Source of the DNA: Callorhinchus milii | Taxonomy: Eukaryota | NCBI RefSeq assembly: GCF_018977255.1 | Contig: NW_024704743.1 | Coordinates: 81,098,001 to 81,162,000 of the forward strand | Direction of reading: 5' to 3' | DNA: 64,000 bases | In this document: positions 61,105-64,000 of the stretch, one piece after another | Layout: each line of letters opens with the position of its first letter | How positions within the stretch are numbered: position 1 is the first letter of the stretch | Notes under the pieces: generated by a model | What the model was told of the DNA's origin: nothing | Database searches by the model: none | The model's input: only the letters and a program-made list of their open reading frames with translations | Made by a program: the position numbers and the translations under genes

Positions 61105-61294
61105 TAAAAAACAATAATAAATTGGTCATTTTCAATCTACGACTGTTTGTGGGACATTGCTGTGCGCAATTGGCTGCTGCGTTCGCCCACAAATATACAG
61201 TCAATTCACTTTACAGTGTGTTCTGTGAAGCGCTTTGGGACGTCCTCCCGACGTGAAAAGCGCTATATCAAATGCGAGGATTATTATTATTATT
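61105..61294 (+). mobile_element. 5'-truncated SINE, CTCCC-loop subfamily
   Basis: Core and tail only. Confidence 0.88.
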
Positions 61295-61639
61295 ATCTAC
61301 TCTTACCTTGTGAAACAAACAAGGTGTGATATCTCTCTATAGCGAAACAAAACCAACCTCCTCAAATGGGCCTAAGAATCCTCCTTCATCCTAAACCCTC
61401 CTTGTTCGAATCCCATAAAATAACTGACATGGTCAACTTAAGACGCTGGAGCTCATCGATCTGAAGACATTCTCGCAATTGCATTGTGGCTGATAATAAT
61501 GGTTGATAACTCAGCGAAAGCTCGTCATAAAATCCTCCTGAAACTACTCTTTATAGAGCTCTGTGCTGGGGGGTGTGGGGTGGGGGGGGGAATGTTAGAG
61601 ACAACGGCTCAGTGTGTTGCTGTAGTGACATGAGGCTGA

Positions 61640-62140
61640 CTGCACGGCCCTGACGCCCACCTCTGGCCCGATTCGATGCATTTGCAGAGAGTCTCGTCCA
61701 GTTCCATGAGACAGTAATCCCCGGAGCTGACACCGTCTCGGAAAGACAGGCAGTGGACCGCCGGCTGCAGCTCAGCAGCGTCCAGCTTCGCCACCTGCAA
61801 AGTGGCCTTCACCTCCTCCACAGTCCTCATCCTCGGCGCCGCCTCGAGCCCTCACTCCCTCCCTCACTCCCTCCCTCACTGAGCGCGCGCGCGCCGCCGC
61901 TCCGGGTCAGCACCCGGGGGGGCGGGGCCTTCGCCTCTGATTGACGCGGGGCCCCGACCAATGATGCGGAGCAACCGGGGGGCCCGGAATGGAACGCTGC
62001 TGCCAATCAGAACGCGGCCCGGGAGCGCGGCCGCGCGAGGCAGTCCCCCCCTCTCCCCCCCCCCTCCCACCTGGTGTGTGCAGTGCCCCCCCCCCCCCCC
62101 CCCCAGGACAGGCAGCTGGAGGGGCTGTGTGGGCAGTTAA
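61640..62140 (-). promoter_or_regulatory. DSCC1 CpG island / promoter
   Basis: CpG-rich; GGGGCGGGGC near 61920; CCAAT boxes near 61958 and 62003; C-runs that give G-quadruplex-prone G-runs on minus. Confidence 0.8.
61661..61830 (-). CDS. DSCC1: DSCC1 exon 1 (MRTVEEVKATLQVAKLDAAELQPAVHCL...CIESGQ)
   Basis: 170 nt; ATG at 61830; donor GTGGGC. Confidence 0.94.
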
Positions 62141-62149
62141 ACTAATCCC

Positions 62150-63125
62150 CTTCACCTCGTGGCTCTTGTGGGACGCTGCTGTGCATAAACCGGCTGTTGT
62201 GTTCGCCTGCAAAGTACACAGTCACTACACTAGCGAGAGACTTGGGTTCGATCCCCGGCAGGGCGAAACTTTGGACAAGTTTCCTTACTCCATACGGCTG
62301 ATAATAATCCCTCAAGAGAAAAAAAACAATATTGATTTGGTGCTGTGCGCAATTGACTGCTCGGACGCGCTTTGGGCCGGCGCTTGGGACGTCCTCCCGA
62401 TGAGAAAGGGGCTCTATAAATGTAATTTTGTTGTTGTTGCTGCATTTCGCCCACAAAATATACAGTCACTACACTTTACAGTATATTCTGTGAAGCGCTT
62501 TGAAATGTCTAGAAGATGTGAAAAGCGCTGTATAAAATGCAAAGATTATTATTATTACTTAATATTAATCCTTGCATTTGATATAGCGCTTATCACATCA
62601 CCAAGACCTCAAAGCGCTTCACCGGATTTACTGTAAAGTGAATTCAATGTATATTTTGGGGCCAAAAACACGGCAGCCATTTGCAGTGTCCCATAAACAG
62701 TCGTGGATTGAGTGACCAAATTTTTTTTATTACTTTACCGTGAAGCGCTTTGAGACATTCTCCTCATGTGAAAGACTCCATGTCAAAAATAACGAATTTT
62801 TTTTACATACACACAATACCAGAGATGAAATGCACACTTCTGGGATCAAGAAAAAATCAAATATCATTCTTCCTGTTCAAAACCCTTCTGAAAGGGTTCG
62901 TTGCATTATTTGAAAAGAGAAGTGAGTTTCTTCCAGCGAACTGACTAATAATCCCCCAAATAAAATTGGCCATTCACTTTGTGGCTGTTTGCTGTGCGCA
63001 AATTGGCTGCTGCATTTGCCTACAAAATGCACAGTCATTACACTTCACAGTAAATCTTGTGAAGCACTTTGAGACATCCTCCTGACATGAAAGGCCTTAT
63101 GTGAAGTGTAAGGATTATTATTGAA
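62150..63125. mobile_element. Cluster of SINE and L2-tail fragments upstream of the DSCC1 promoter
   Basis: Repeated core and tail motifs in both orientations. Confidence 0.75.
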
Positions 63126-64000
63126 AACGTACTTCTCTGACTGCACCTTGGGTCATCTCTCCCCTACCAAACCTGCCCCCTCCCCCTCTCTGTTTGGGCT
63201 CCCACTCGGTACACCACTTTGAAACACTTAAGTACTATATGAAAGGTGCTATTATAAGTGCAAGTTGTCGATACCAAAAAAATTGTAAAAACTGTCCAAT
63301 TAAATTCTACTTTAGCAGAATTTTGTACATGGTCATTTCACTGCATTTTGCAAAAATATAAAGTTACAGGCACATCAACAACTTGCATTTGTTGTTGGGA
63401 CCTCCCCCTCACGCGAAAGGTGCTATACAACTGTAATTTTGTTGTTGCTGCATTTACATAGTGCTCTTCGCACAAGTAGCATTTCAAAGTGTTTAACAGT
63501 GGTATGATTTGACCATATACCATTACTAAAATTCAAGGATTGTTTCCCTATAGTTTGAAGCTGGTGCAAAATTTAATATTTTTGTATATAATCAAGGTTT
63601 TGTCTATGACCTGGCCTTTACTTGAAAATTTGTTGTGCAAGTACATAAATCCAACTTGACTGTGTGCTGAGCTGAAGTATTTCATACAATAGAAGGAATA
63701 AAGGTTGCCACTGTCCTTGAAATGTGTGTGGGAAGAAGGGGTGTAAACTGCTGAAGTGTGCACATCCACTTACAGAAACAGTCTAAAAAAAACAGAATTA
63801 AACAATGGTTATTTTCACTAAGAACAGACAGAAACCATTGTCATACAAACAAAGAATTTTACAGTACAGGAGTTGTTTCAGTCAAAACTACCCCAAATTC
63901 TCATTTTTTTCTTGATAACCAAACCTTCTCTTCTTTAGCATTATCCTAGTGAATCGCGTCTGTACTCTCTCTGTGGGCTTGACATTTTTCCTTAGGAGGA

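Larger units (their letters stand above)
43070..61830 (-). other. DSCC1: DSCC1 gene span (DCC1 subunit of CTF18-RFC), 9 coding exons, 1167 nt including stop, 388 aa
   Basis: Exons splice in phase from MRTVEEVKATLQVAKL to QNGVKVFNSRRPF*; clear similarity to vertebrate DSCC1; same order relative to TAF2 as in human. Confidence 0.97.

Noticed and set aside
61989..62636. 215 aa plus-strand ORF divergent from DSCC1
   Set aside because: Low-complexity GC-rich promoter sequence running into SINE fragments

Overview
Eukaryotic (vertebrate) genomic DNA, AT-rich and dense in transposable elements. The repeat content (tRNA/Deu-type SINEs with L2 tails, L2, CR1, Tx1, Penelope-type ends) suggests a cartilaginous fish, possibly a chimaera; this is inference. 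Two spliced genes lie in tandem on the minus strand in the same order as human 8q24. DSCC1 is complete (9 coding exons, 61830->43070, 388 aa). TAF2 coding exons 1-22 run 36849->806 (2848 nt) and the gene continues past the window start. Each gene has a GC/CpG-rich promoter. All exon boundaries were read by hand and the phases are consistent. Highlights: (1) TAF2 intron 1 has AT...AC termini but U2-type signals (ATAAGT donor, long pyrimidine tract), while intron 12 is a classical U12 GT-AG intron. (2) An ~860 bp fold-back element in TAF2 intron 1, with a shorter relative in DSCC1 intron 1, carries minimal hammerhead-ribozyme motifs of the Penelope-like type on both arms. (3) Three copies of a non-autonomous Helitron-like family. 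(4) SINE subfamilies differing in the LINE-recognition stem-loop. (5) Several deeply nested TE stacks. No prokaryotic-type system is present. Family names come from recalled consensus features, not database searches, and repeat boundaries are approximate.
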